Shown here: positions 30,756 through 40,249 of the stretch, piece by piece | Layout of the letters: every line of letters begins with the position of its first letter | Numbering within the stretch: the stretch's first letter is position 1 | Assembly: GCA_964587425.1 (NCBI GenBank) | Contig: CAZPLB010000005.1 | Coordinates: 1 to 57,847 of the forward strand | Direction of reading: 5' to 3' | Length of the DNA: 57,847 bases | DNA from: an uncultured Gammaproteobacteria bacterium | Lineage (GTDB): Bacteria > Patescibacteriota > Microgenomatia > UBA8517 | Notes under the pieces: generated by a model | The model's database searches: none | What the model was told of the DNA's origin: nothing | Seen by the model: only the letters and a program-made list of their open reading frames with translations | Translations under genes and position numbers: made by a program

Positions 30756-33320
30756 ATGTGGAAAGATTACTTCAAACAAAGACCAAGAAGACGTGTTCGT
30801 TACAATTCATATGGTGAAACTGTTGGATCTGAAAAAATTGCCAAAATTGCAAAAATATCTTTCGCTGTTGTTTTAGTTGGCATTCTTTTACTTTTAATTA
30901 GTATCCCAATTATTGCCCGAGACCTTCCCTCCCCTGAAAAAGTTATAAGACGAGAAGGATTCTCAACTAAAATTTTAGACAGGAAGGGTGAAGTTCTATA
31001 TGACATTTACAACAATGAAAATAGAATCCCAGCAAAAATTACAGATATTCCAAAATACTTGCAACAGGCAACTGTTGCCATAGAAGACAAAAATTTCTAC
31101 AAGCATTCAGGTTTTGACCCTGTGGGAATTATTCGCGGTTTCCTGTCTATTCTATTCCGAGGCCAAGTTGCAGGAGGTTCAACCCTTACACAGCAATTAG
31201 TAAAAAATGTTTTACTAACTCCAGAAAGAACGCTCCCAAGAAAGTTCAAAGAGTTCATCTTAACCACTCAAATTGAAAGTAAATACAAAAAAGATGAAAT
31301 ACTGCAAATGTACCTAAATGAAGCCCCATATGGAGGAACGGCTTGGGGAGTGGAAGCTGCAAGTGAAATGTATTTTGGTAAAAAAGCAAAAGATTTAAAT
31401 CTTGTAGAGTGTGCTTTCATGGCTGGCCTTCCCCAAAGCCCGTCATACTACTCACCATATTCGGGAAACAAAAAAGCATATGTAGAAAGGACAAAGGCAG
31501 TCCTCAGGAGAATGGCAGAAGATGGATATATAACGGCAAATCAGGAAAAGTCAGCAGTTGCGGCAATTGACACCTTAAGTTTCCAAAATCAAGGAGCATC
31601 ATTCAAAGCCCCACACTTTGTTCAATACGTACAAAGAATTCTAGAGGAGAAATACGGCGCTGAAGTTCTTCAAGGGTCTGGCCTTAAAGTAACCACAAGT
31701 CTTGATTATGGACTCCAAGAAAAAGTTCAAAAAATAGTGACAGATGAAATAACAAAAGTCAAAGCAATCCATATTACAAATGGAAGTGCAGTAGTAATTG
31801 ACCCCGAGACTGGAGAAATTTTAAGTATGGTTGGAAGCTACGACTTCAACGCAAAAGATTATGACGGTCAATACAATGTGTCAGTAGCCCTTCGTCAGCC
31901 AGGTTCTGCTATTAAGCCTTTTACCTATGTGACTGCTTTCAAAAAGGGCTACACAGCTTCAAGTATGATTATGGATGTACCAACCACATTTCCAGGAGGG
32001 GGCAGTCAACCAGAATACAAACCAGTTAATTATGATGGAAAATATAGAGGACCAACACAATTAAGGTTTGCTCTAGCCAATTCAATAAACATAGTTGCAG
32101 TCAAAATGCTTGGCCTTGTTGGCATCAAAGATGTCTTAACTACAGCTCATGATGCTGGCATAACCACTCTTGCCCCGACACAAGAAAATTTGAATAGACT
32201 TGGTCTCTCCATGACGCTGGGAGGTGGCGAAGTCCGTCTTCTTGAATTAACAGATGCCTACTCCATTTTTATGAATGGCGGCCAAGCAGTTACACCTGTT
32301 GCCATCCTAAAAGTTGAAGACAAAGACGGAAAAGTTTTAGAAGAAAATAAACCTCAAAAAGGAATGAGAGTGGTTAGCCCTCAAGAGTCATATCTGATTG
32401 CCAGTATCCTTTCAGACAACAATGCCAGAAAAGAAATTTTTGGTTTAAACTCACTTTTAAATATTCCAAACCGGCAAGTTGCCGTAAAAACCGGTACCAC
32501 AAATGACAAAAGGGACAATTGGGCAATTGGTGGAAACGATGCCGGAGTAGTTGGAGTGTGGGTTGGAAATAATGACAATAGTCCAATGGTCCAGGTTGCC
32601 TCGGGTGTTTCTGGAGCCTCCCCAATTTGGAGCAAAATTGTAACTGAATTTCTAAGAGACAAACCCAACATTAAATTCAAAGTTCCAGATGGTATTGTAA
32701 CTGCAGAAGTAGATTCAATATCAGGCTTTAGAAGCCATGACGGCTTTCCCTCAAGGCAGGAAGTCTTTGCAAAAGGAACAGAGCCAACAAGTAGTGACCT
32801 CATTCATGTGTATCTTAAAGTTTGTAAATCAGATGGAAAACTTGCAACACCTGCTGATATTTCAGGAAACAATTATGACACCAAAGAATTTTATGTATTC
32901 AAAGAAGAAGATCCAACAGCAGTTGGAGGCGGTCAAAACAGATGGCAGGAAGGAATCTTGAATTGGTTGAATACTCAAACCGATGGAAAGTATCACCCCC
33001 CAAGCGATTACTGTGGAACAGCAAATCCTGTAAATGTCGATTTCAATTCTCCCCACGATCACGATGGAAGTTTGCCATCAAGCTTTACTATCAAAATAAA
33101 CGCCGATTCAACTAGCGAGATTACTTCAGTTGACATTGAAATAGATGGCAGCAAAGTGGCAACTCTGACAAATCTTCCATATGAATACAACACCAACACT
33201 CTTACAAATGGGGTTCACACACTGCGAGCTATTGGTCACGATTCAAAAGGAAACCAATCAGATAGGGTGATAACAGTTAGTGTTGGAACTCCTTGGGTTT
33301 CTCCAACCCCTACTCCTTGA
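30756..33320 (+). CDS. Class A penicillin-binding protein with C-terminal Ig-like domain
   Basis: Transglycosylase motifs EDKNFY.H.G and GGSTLTQQLVK, transpeptidase motifs S-A-I-K, S-I-N and KTGT. Confidence 0.95.
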   Translation: MWKDYFKQRPRRRVRYNSYGETVGSEKIAKIAKISFAVVLVGILLLLISIPIIARDLPSPEKVIRREGFSTKILDRKGEVLYDIYNNENRIPAKITDIPKYLQQATVAIEDKNFYKHSGFDPVGIIRGFLSILFRGQVAGGSTLTQQLVKNVLLTPERTLPRKFKEFILTTQIESKYKKDEILQMYLNEAPYGGTAWGVEAASEMYFGKKAKDLNLVECAFMAGLPQSPSYYSPYSGNKKAYVERTKAVLRRMAEDGYITANQEKSAVAAIDTLSFQNQGASFKAPHFVQYVQRILEEKYGAEVLQGSGLKVTTSLDYGLQEKVQKIVTDEITKVKAIHITNGSAVVIDPETGEILSMVGSYDFNAKDYDGQYNVSVALRQPGSAIKPFTYVTAFKKGYTASSMIMDVPTTFPGGGSQPEYKPVNYDGKYRGPTQLRFALANSINIVAVKMLGLVGIKDVLTTAHDAGITTLAPTQENLNRLGLSMTLGGGEVRLLELTDAYSIFMNGGQAVTPVAILKVEDKDGKVLEENKPQKGMRVVSPQESYLIASILSDNNARKEIFGLNSLLNIPNRQVAVKTGTTNDKRDNWAIGGNDAGVVGVWVGNNDNSPMVQVASGVSGASPIWSKIVTEFLRDKPNIKFKVPDGIVTAEVDSISGFRSHDGFPSRQEVFAKGTEPTSSDLIHVYLKVCKSDGKLATPADISGNNYDTKEFYVFKEEDPTAVGGGQNRWQEGILNWLNTQTDGKYHPPSDYCGTANPVNVDFNSPHDHDGSLPSSFTIKINADSTSEITSVDIEIDGSKVATLTNLPYEYNTNTLTNGVHTLRAIGHDSKGNQSDRVITVSVGTPWVSPTPTP

Positions 33321-35205
33321 TAGTACCGCCAAACTTTTCATTAATTAGTTTTACTACTCTTCTTCTGATTTTTTCGACTTCCTTGTTGGTAAGTGTTTTC
33401 GTGGAATTATGGTACCAAATTCGAAATGTGTAGCTGTCCTCGTAAATGCCATTTAATTGGACATCTGATATTTTTTCAACATGGGACATTGCACTTATTA
33501 CCTCTCCAATTTTAGTGTTGGTGGGAAATGTCACAGTAATATCCTCTATTTGGGAAGGATATTTTGAAGGAGGAATATAACTGGGATTGTCCTTTGATAA
33601 TCCCTGAAGTTCAACCATATCAATATCAAAGTAAAGATAATTAGTATTGGCTACTGCCTCGATCTTTAAGTCTTTATCTACTCTCAATTCACTAAACATA
33701 GCTTCAAGTATTCCCTTCGCGTGTCTATAATCAAAGTTTGAAAAAATAACTCCCAATGTCATTTTTTCATCTGGCAAATCTCCACTTTTTGGAATATATA
33801 CATTTGCTACTTCAAAAAGGTAAAAAGGTTCTTTTTCTCCATTATTTTCTTGAACCGCACTGATTAAAGATTTTTTCAAACTAGTTCTCAGATATTTAGA
33901 ATCATCTCCAAGTGGATTTTTGAGGGACAGTGCATCTCCTTCAACAAAATCTTTTGAAGTAAGTGATGAAGTATAAACTTCAATTCCTCCGTACCCTTTC
34001 AATACATTCTTACATTCGTCCTCGAATGCAAAGTGATTATTCACTAGTGGTTGAGGTAAGGCACCAATCATCAGTTTACTCGGCAAGTTATGGTATCCAT
34101 AAATTCTTGCAACCTCCTCAACAATGTCTTCTGGAATTTGTACATCGCTTGTTCGCCATGATGGGATATTTACTAAATAAACTAAATCCTTTTTGGAATA
34201 TTTTGTTTCAAAGCCTAGTTTACTTAATATCTCCAAAACTTGTTTTGAAGAAACGGGGACACCAATTATTTTCTCAATAAATGCGTGCTCAACCTTTACT
34301 ATTTTTGTTTTATACGGCCTTGGATAAATATCATAAATCTTACTCGTTATTTTTGCCTTACAAATTTTTCTATAAAGCTCAACTCCTTTTACAAAAGCAA
34401 CCTCTGCAAGTTCTGTATCAACTCCTTTTTCATTTAATACTGCAGCCATTGTTCTGATTCCAAGTCTAGTTGAAGTCTTTCTAATTTTAACTGGGTCAAT
34501 ATTGTCTATAAAGAAAACGATTCTTTTTGTTTCATCATTAACTACAGAATTTTTAAGACCAATGATTCCAGGCAAATCAACAACTCCACCTTTTCCATTT
34601 TCAATAACAATATCCCCCCCGGGAAGTTTATATTCTTTTCCATCAAATGCAGTTATTTCCTCATTCTCCCTGGATTCTCTGAAAATCAAATTAACAGTTT
34701 CACTATCACCTTTGAGTAAATAGTAATCAAAAACATGAGTCGGGTGCCCAATTTCAAGCATTACATAATTTGTAATATCAACAAGTGGATTCAAAGATCT
34801 CATTCCACTCAGTTCCAACCGTTCCTTCATCCACTTCGGAGTTGTGAGGCCTTCCCCAACCTCCATTACGACAGCCATGACCCTATTTACCAATTTTGTA
34901 TCAATTTTCACATCGAGTAAGTTTTTTTGACTAACATTTTTTACTCTATTTACTGTAATCTTTTTCAAAGATGCTTTTATCCTGAATTGTGGCAATATTG
35001 CATTTGCCTCACGAGCAATCCCCAAAATTCCCATGCAATCTACTCTATTTGTGGTTACCTCAATGTCGTAAACATAGTCCTTGCCTACCCTACTCACTTT
35101 TTCAACAGAAGGACCACACAAAGCGAGACACTCTGCAATCCGCGCTGGTGTTGCAGATGTAGTCAAATATTCCCTCAGCCATTTATCTGAAATTTTAATA
35201 TCCAT
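33310..35205 (-). CDS. pheT: Phenylalanyl-tRNA synthetase beta subunit (short form)
   Basis: TNRVDC.GILGIARE, VDITNYVMLE.GHP.H.FD and DIVEEVARIYGY. Confidence 0.94.
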   Translation of the reverse strand: MDIKISDKWLREYLTTSATPARIAECLALCGPSVEKVSRVGKDYVYDIEVTTNRVDCMGILGIAREANAILPQFRIKASLKKITVNRVKNVSQKNLLDVKIDTKLVNRVMAVVMEVGEGLTTPKWMKERLELSGMRSLNPLVDITNYVMLEIGHPTHVFDYYLLKGDSETVNLIFRESRENEEITAFDGKEYKLPGGDIVIENGKGGVVDLPGIIGLKNSVVNDETKRIVFFIDNIDPVKIRKTSTRLGIRTMAAVLNEKGVDTELAEVAFVKGVELYRKICKAKITSKIYDIYPRPYKTKIVKVEHAFIEKIIGVPVSSKQVLEILSKLGFETKYSKKDLVYLVNIPSWRTSDVQIPEDIVEEVARIYGYHNLPSKLMIGALPQPLVNNHFAFEDECKNVLKGYGGIEVYTSSLTSKDFVEGDALSLKNPLGDDSKYLRTSLKKSLISAVQENNGEKEPFYLFEVANVYIPKSGDLPDEKMTLGVIFSNFDYRHAKGILEAMFSELRVDKDLKIEAVANTNYLYFDIDMVELQGLSKDNPSYIPPSKYPSQIEDITVTFPTNTKIGEVISAMSHVEKISDVQLNGIYEDSYTFRIWYHNSTKTLTNKEVEKIRRRVVKLINEKFGGTIKE

Positions 35206-35206
35206 A

Positions 35207-36241
35207 TCAAAATTGTTTCAAAAACCTCAAGTCAGGACTATACAAAAGTCTAATATCAGGTAAATTAAGTCCTGATTTCATCATATATGTTCTCTCAACT
35301 CCCCATCCGAATGCAAAACCTGTATATTTCTTTGCATCAATTCCACCACTTTTCAAAACATTTGGATGAACCATTCCAGCTCCACCCAATTCAAGCCATC
35401 CTTCTTTACAGAGCTTGCAACCCTTGCCGTTACAGACTCCGCAGGTGATATCAACTTCAAAGGAAGGCTCGGTAAACTGAAAGTGGTATGGTCTCAACCG
35501 TGTTTTACGAGTTGGGCCAAAAAAAGTCTTTGCAAAATAATCAAGAGTACCCTTCAAGTTAACAAGACTAATGTCATGGTCAATCACTAACCCTTCAAAT
35601 TGGTGAAACATAATTAAGTGTCGGCTATCAAGCTGTCTCCTGTAGCACTTTGCAATGTTAATCATTCGAATGGGAGGAGTTTTAACTCTCTCCATTTCAC
35701 GAACCTGCCCATTTGAAGTGTGAGGGGTTAAAATCATTGGTCCATATTTGGAGCTTGCCGGTATATCAACAAAAAAAGTTTCCCAATCATCGCGTGCTGG
35801 ATGATTCTCTGGAAAATTCAAAGCCTCAAAACCATACCAATCCCAATCAACTTCAGGATACCTTACTCGTACGAATCCGATTTTTCCAAATACATCAGTT
35901 ATCTCACTTATGGCCTGAGTCACTATATGAAGGTGTCCAGTTGGTGGCTTTATTCCAGGAATTGAAAAATCAAATAAATGACGATCTCCGTTTCCCGTTT
36001 CAACCATCTCTTGTCTTTTTCTGTTAATGAGTTCAAGAAGTGTTATCTTTGAATCATTGATTAGTATTCCAACTTCCTTTTTCTCATCATCCTTAAGTTC
36101 ACCAAGCTTTTTCATAACGCTGGTTATTTTTCCACTCTTTCCAAAGAGGTCAACGCGAACTAGTTCAAGTTCGTCAAGGTTCCGCGTATCCTCAATTGAA
36201 GCAACAGCCTGATTTTTTAGATTTAAAATTTCTTCTCTCAT
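35207..36241 (-). CDS. pheS: Phenylalanyl-tRNA synthetase alpha subunit
   Basis: FEALNF..NHPARD, FHQFEG, FQFTEPS and GFAFGWGVER. Start taken at ATG 36241. Confidence 0.96.
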   Translation of the reverse strand: MREEILNLKNQAVASIEDTRNLDELELVRVDLFGKSGKITSVMKKLGELKDDEKKEVGILINDSKITLLELINRKRQEMVETGNGDRHLFDFSIPGIKPPTGHLHIVTQAISEITDVFGKIGFVRVRYPEVDWDWYGFEALNFPENHPARDDWETFFVDIPASSKYGPMILTPHTSNGQVREMERVKTPPIRMINIAKCYRRQLDSRHLIMFHQFEGLVIDHDISLVNLKGTLDYFAKTFFGPTRKTRLRPYHFQFTEPSFEVDITCGVCNGKGCKLCKEGWLELGGAGMVHPNVLKSGGIDAKKYTGFAFGWGVERTYMMKSGLNLPDIRLLYSPDLRFLKQF

Positions 36242-36272
36242 TAGTTCTACTAATTCTACCAAATTTAGCATT

Positions 36273-36296
36273 AAAAAACCCCGATTTTGTCGGGGT
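36273..36296 (-). terminator. Intrinsic terminator after rplT
   Basis: Minus strand reads ACCCCGA-CAAAA-TCGGGGT followed by a T run. Confidence 0.8.
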
Positions 36297-36321
36297 AACT
36301 GTTGCCAAAGTAAAATTTAAT

Positions 36322-36663
36322 TTACTTCACTTCAGCAACTATGCTTTTAAAGCCTTCTTTGTCTTTAACTGCAATTTCAGAAAGTATCTTGCGGTCTACT
36401 TCAATTTTGTTTTTCTTCAAGCCATCAATGAATCTGCTGTATGAAAGTCCATGTTCACGAACCGCTGCATTTAGTCTTACTATCCAGAGAGCTCTCAAAT
36501 CTCTTTTCTTGAGCTTGCGGCCTATGTATGCATACTGTCCAGCATGGAGTACAGCTTCACGCGCTGTTCTAACTGTTCTTTTTCGGCTAGATTGTTTGTA
36601 GCCTTTTGCAAGCTTTTTAATCTTCCTATGCCTTATTTGTGCTTTCGATTTAACTCTTGCCAT
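36322..36663 (-). CDS. rplT: 50S ribosomal protein L20
   Basis: [25 protein letters not shown] and DRKILSEIA. Confidence 0.97.
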   Translation of the reverse strand: MARVKSKAQIRHRKIKKLAKGYKQSSRKRTVRTAREAVLHAGQYAYIGRKLKKRDLRALWIVRLNAAVREHGLSYSRFIDGLKKNKIEVDRKILSEIAVKDKEGFKSIVAEVK

Positions 36664-36665
36664 AT

Positions 36666-36899
36666 TTATTTCTCAGTCTTCCTAGGTAAGACTGGTTTGT
36701 CCTTCCTAATGCCTAAGGCTTTCCTAAGCTTCTTTCCATAATATCCCTTGACCTCAACTTGTCTCCTCTGTTGTCTTTTCTTGTTTCCAGATTTCTTTTC
36801 ACGCAAATGTCGGCTAAAATTCCTTCTTCTCAGAATTTTACCTTTCTTTGTGATTTTAAATCTTTTCAGTACTGATTTCCTTGTCTTCTGTTTTGGCAT
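36666..36899 (-). CDS. rpmI: 50S ribosomal protein L35
   Basis: [17 protein letters not shown], located between infC and rplT. Confidence 0.95.
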   Translation of the reverse strand: MPKQKTRKSVLKRFKITKKGKILRRRNFSRHLREKKSGNKKRQQRRQVEVKGYYGKKLRKALGIRKDKPVLPRKTEK

Positions 36900-37443
36900 C
36901 TTTCTTTCCTTTCGCTGTTGGCGATACCGTCATACCCAAGTATCTCCCAATAAACTTCGGCTCACTGTCCATGTGCACACTGTCTCCCAAGTCCTTAACT
37001 ACTTTTGCAAGTAGTTCATATCCAAACTTTTTGCTTCCCAACTGTCTTCCCTTGAATACAACTACCAATTTAACCTTATTCTTGTCCTCTAGAAATTCTC
37101 TAACCCTTTTGATTCTAGTGTCAAAATCAGCTTCTCCTATAAAAGGAGAGAATCTGATTTCCTTCAATTCCCCGCCTTTATTCTTCCTTAGTTCCTTCCT
37201 CTTCTTCTTTTCTTCCTGATATACAAACTTTCCGAGGTTGACTATCTTAGCTACAGGCGGCTTTGCCATTGGTGCTATCTCAACCAAATCAAGTCCTGCC
37301 TTCTTTGCCTTTTCTAGTGCCTCTTCCCTCTTCAAAACACCTATTTGTTTCCCAGTTGCGTCAATAACACGCAATTCCACTGCGCGGATAAACTCATTTA
37401 CTTTCCAGGGAATTTTAGCGTTTCTCAATTTACCAAGCTCAAT
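36856..37443 (-). CDS. infC: Translation initiation factor IF-3
   Basis: NEFIRA.ELRVI, GLDLVEIAP.AKPPV and KEIRF. There is no ATG start; the candidates are in-frame ATT at 37443 or TTG at 37428. Confidence 0.95.
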   Translation of the reverse strand: MELGKLRNAKIPWKVNEFIRAVELRVIDATGKQIGVLKREEALEKAKKAGLDLVEIAPMAKPPVAKIVNLGKFVYQEEKKKRKELRKNKGGELKEIRFSPFIGEADFDTRIKRVREFLEDKNKVKLVVVFKGRQLGSKKFGYELLAKVVKDLGDSVHMDSEPKFIGRYLGMTVSPTAKGKKDAKTEDKEISTEKI

Positions 37444-37447
37444 TTTA

Positions 37448-38710
37448 CTATATGATTACTTTTTTGGCAATCTCCTCTTTAATATTGGTGATGAAGGCCT
37501 CAATTTTCATTTGTCCATAATCCTTACCACTCCTGCCGCGTTCTGTGATCATGCCTGATTTCTCCTCTTTGTCTCCAATAATTAACATATATGGAACCTT
37601 CTCGTTCTGAGCATCCCTAATCTTGGCTCCGAGCGTTTCATTCCGTTCATCAAGCTCTACCCTAATGTTTTCTGCTTTAAGCTGGTCGACGATTTTGCTT
37701 GCGAAATCAATATTTCTTTCTGTAATTGGTAAAATCTTTACTTGAACTGGTGCAAACCAAGTTGGAAACACACCTTTATACTTTTCAATCAAGAATGCGA
37801 TTATGCGCTCTATGGCTCCAATTGAAGATCTGTGGATGACGACTGGCTCTTCTTTTTCTCCTTTTTCATTTATAAACTCCAAATTAAATCTTTTTGGCAT
37901 TACAAAATCATATTGAACAGTAATCGCAGTATCTTCTTTGCCATTCGCGTTCACCATTTGAATATCTATCTTTGGCCCATAAAAAGCAGCTTCTTTTTCA
38001 GCCTCCACAAACTTAACCTTTCTTGATTTCAAAACTGTTCGCAGTATTTCTTCAGCTTCATCCCAAGCTTTGTCATCTTTGAAATATTTCTTTTCATCCT
38101 TCCTGTCCCCAAGTGAAAGTCTGTAGTGATAATCTTTTCCAAATTCCAAACCTAAAACCTTTGTTACATATTCAATTAAATCCAAAACTGAGTTCATCTC
38201 GGTCTCTACATTTTCTTTTTGAGTAATAATATGTGCATCAGCCAGACAAAAACTTCGAACCCTCTGAAGCCCCATCAATTCTCCAGACTGTTCGTACCTA
38301 TAAAGTTTTGCAAGTTCTGCAAGTCGCATTGGAAGTTCACGGTAACTCCTCGGTCTGCTTAAATAAAGTTCAAAGTGATGAGGACAAGTCATCGGGCGAA
38401 GCATGTATTCCTCATCATCAATAACAATCGGTGCATACATAGAGTCTTTGTAATATGGGTAATGTCCTGATTTTTTATAAAGAGCTAAATTAGCAATATC
38501 TGGAGTATAAACATGCAGGTATCCCCTTTTTAATTCTTCATCAACAATAAATCGTTCAAGCTCACGCCTTACTGTTGCACCTTTTGGCATCCACAAAGGC
38601 AAACCCTTTCCAACAACATCAGAGAAGGTAAATAGATCAAGCTTCTTGCCCAATACCTTATGGTCCCAATCCTTCTCTTGTTTTTCTGAATCTTGTTTTA
38701 TCTTCGCCAT
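37448..38710 (-). CDS. thrS: Threonyl-tRNA synthetase (catalytic and anticodon-binding domains only)
   Basis: Starts close to DHKVLGK.LDLF. Contains RPMTCPHH, YRYEQSGEL, AAFYGPKID and HR...GAIER. Confidence 0.95.
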   Translation of the reverse strand: MAKIKQDSEKQEKDWDHKVLGKKLDLFTFSDVVGKGLPLWMPKGATVRRELERFIVDEELKRGYLHVYTPDIANLALYKKSGHYPYYKDSMYAPIVIDDEEYMLRPMTCPHHFELYLSRPRSYRELPMRLAELAKLYRYEQSGELMGLQRVRSFCLADAHIITQKENVETEMNSVLDLIEYVTKVLGLEFGKDYHYRLSLGDRKDEKKYFKDDKAWDEAEEILRTVLKSRKVKFVEAEKEAAFYGPKIDIQMVNANGKEDTAITVQYDFVMPKRFNLEFINEKGEKEEPVVIHRSSIGAIERIIAFLIEKYKGVFPTWFAPVQVKILPITERNIDFASKIVDQLKAENIRVELDERNETLGAKIRDAQNEKVPYMLIIGDKEEKSGMITERGRSGKDYGQMKIEAFITNIKEEIAKKVII

Positions 38711-38768
38711 ATAACTAACTCAATTATATTACAAAGAAAGTCATTATTGAAGACGAAGAAGTTAATTA

Positions 38769-39527
38769 TTACTCAGGCTTATGCATTTCTATAGAAATGC
38801 GAATATATGGATATTTCAAATACTTTTCATAATCTTCAGGATGCGTCTCTTTTGCTTCCACCGGCATCTTTATATCCTTCACGGAATCGACAACAAATCC
38901 TGCATCCTCATAAGACTTAACCAAATCCTCTTGTGTTCTGTGGTAATTAAGCCCTTCACCACCCCAAGGAAAAGTAGTCATAAACGAACCACTCTCTTTT
39001 AATCCACTACTAATTGCAGTCTTGCTAGGATGCGTACCAACAACCAGATATCTTCCACCCGGCTTAAGAGTGTCAAAGGTGTGTTTATTAACTGCCGCCA
39101 AAGTCTCATCGTCCAAGTGTTCAAGAACCATATGTTGAGTCGCCGCATCAAAAGAATTCGGTGCCAATTCTACCGTGGTGAGGTCACCCACGATAAAAGT
39201 CGGGCCTTTAATTTCTCGCTTTGCTATATCAACCTGGTCAGGGCTAATCTCTACACCTGTGATATTCTCTGGTTTAACGCCGTTATCTATAAGTCGTTGC
39301 ACTATTCTCCCACTTGCACTCCCCTGATCCCATACTTTTGCGTCTTTATCCAACCCTTGTGCAAATTTATCTATCTCTGGACCACCCATATAAACCCATG
39401 TAGATAGCTGTGAAGCTTGCTCTCTAAATTTTTTGGCATCTCTATTATATTCTTCCACATGTGTCTGTGGATTAATAGTCTTTTGTATTTGATCTTTGTT
39501 CATACTTCCGTCCGCCATTTTAAACAA
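38769..39527 (-). CDS. Class I SAM-dependent methyltransferase
   Basis: VWDQGSASG motif I variant, GVEIS, GDL, FD and LKPGG. Confidence 0.85.
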   Translation of the reverse strand: MFKMADGSMNKDQIQKTINPQTHVEEYNRDAKKFREQASQLSTWVYMGGPEIDKFAQGLDKDAKVWDQGSASGRIVQRLIDNGVKPENITGVEISPDQVDIAKREIKGPTFIVGDLTTVELAPNSFDAATQHMVLEHLDDETLAAVNKHTFDTLKPGGRYLVVGTHPSKTAISSGLKESGSFMTTFPWGGEGLNYHRTQEDLVKSYEDAGFVVDSVKDIKMPVEAKETHPEDYEKYLKYPYIRISIEMHKPE

Positions 39528-39574
39528 TAAGAAGATATTACACTTCAGCTTTCAGCTTGTCAATTAGAATCTTG

Positions 39575-39645
39575 TGGACCCATGGGGAATCGAACCCCAG
39601 TTCCCTGACTGCCAGCCAGGTGTCCTACCATTGAACGACAGGCCC
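39575..39645 (-). tRNA. tRNA-Ala(GGC)
   Basis: Cloverleaf with anticodon arm CCTGG-CT-GGC-AG-TCAGG and the G3:U70 identity pair. Confidence 0.95.
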
Positions 39646-39711
39646 TTAAACTTTTGTATTATACTATAGATACATTTGGAATTAGAAAAATTATTAATAT
39701 ATCTTGAAAGT

Positions 39712-40152
39712 ATGGAAACGCAAACAATTGCTGACAGAATCAAACTACTTGGTCAAAAATACAATGAAATTTGGGATGGCAAAAAAATTGCTATTGTTGA
39801 AGATACTCGTTTCGAACAAGATGTGCTCCAAGAAATGTTTTCCGTCTTGGGTTTTAAGAATATAAAAATCACAGAATATGCTTCTGGTCAAAGTTTCTTG
39901 GGTGACCTAAAAGACGATCCCAAGAGGTTTGACGTTGCCATTGTTGATGGTGAATTGCAGGGCCAAATGACTGGACCAGAAGCAGTTTTAATTGCAAAAG
40001 CAGAGAATAATAAATTGAAGTTAATTGGCAGAACTGGAAAAAAGGATTTTGTTAATGAATTTAGAAAAAATGGAGCTGACATATCAATCTTGAAAGAACC
40101 TAGAAATTTTCTACAAGATTTTGAGGAAATATTAAAAGTGTTTGATAGATAA
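39712..40152 (+). CDS. Single-domain response regulator receiver
   Basis: IAIVED, VAIVDG (phospho-Asp), GRTG and a conserved Lys. Start probably at ATG 39712. Confidence 0.8.
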   Translation: METQTIADRIKLLGQKYNEIWDGKKIAIVEDTRFEQDVLQEMFSVLGFKNIKITEYASGQSFLGDLKDDPKRFDVAIVDGELQGQMTGPEAVLIAKAENNKLKLIGRTGKKDFVNEFRKNGADISILKEPRNFLQDFEEILKVFDR

Positions 40153-40249
40153 GTGCTTCTTCATCCTACAGCAGGTTTTTAGAAAAAGAAACCGTTGAAA
40201 TTAATTATTTCACCCATACAATGAGAAGGTATGTTTACATCCTACTATT

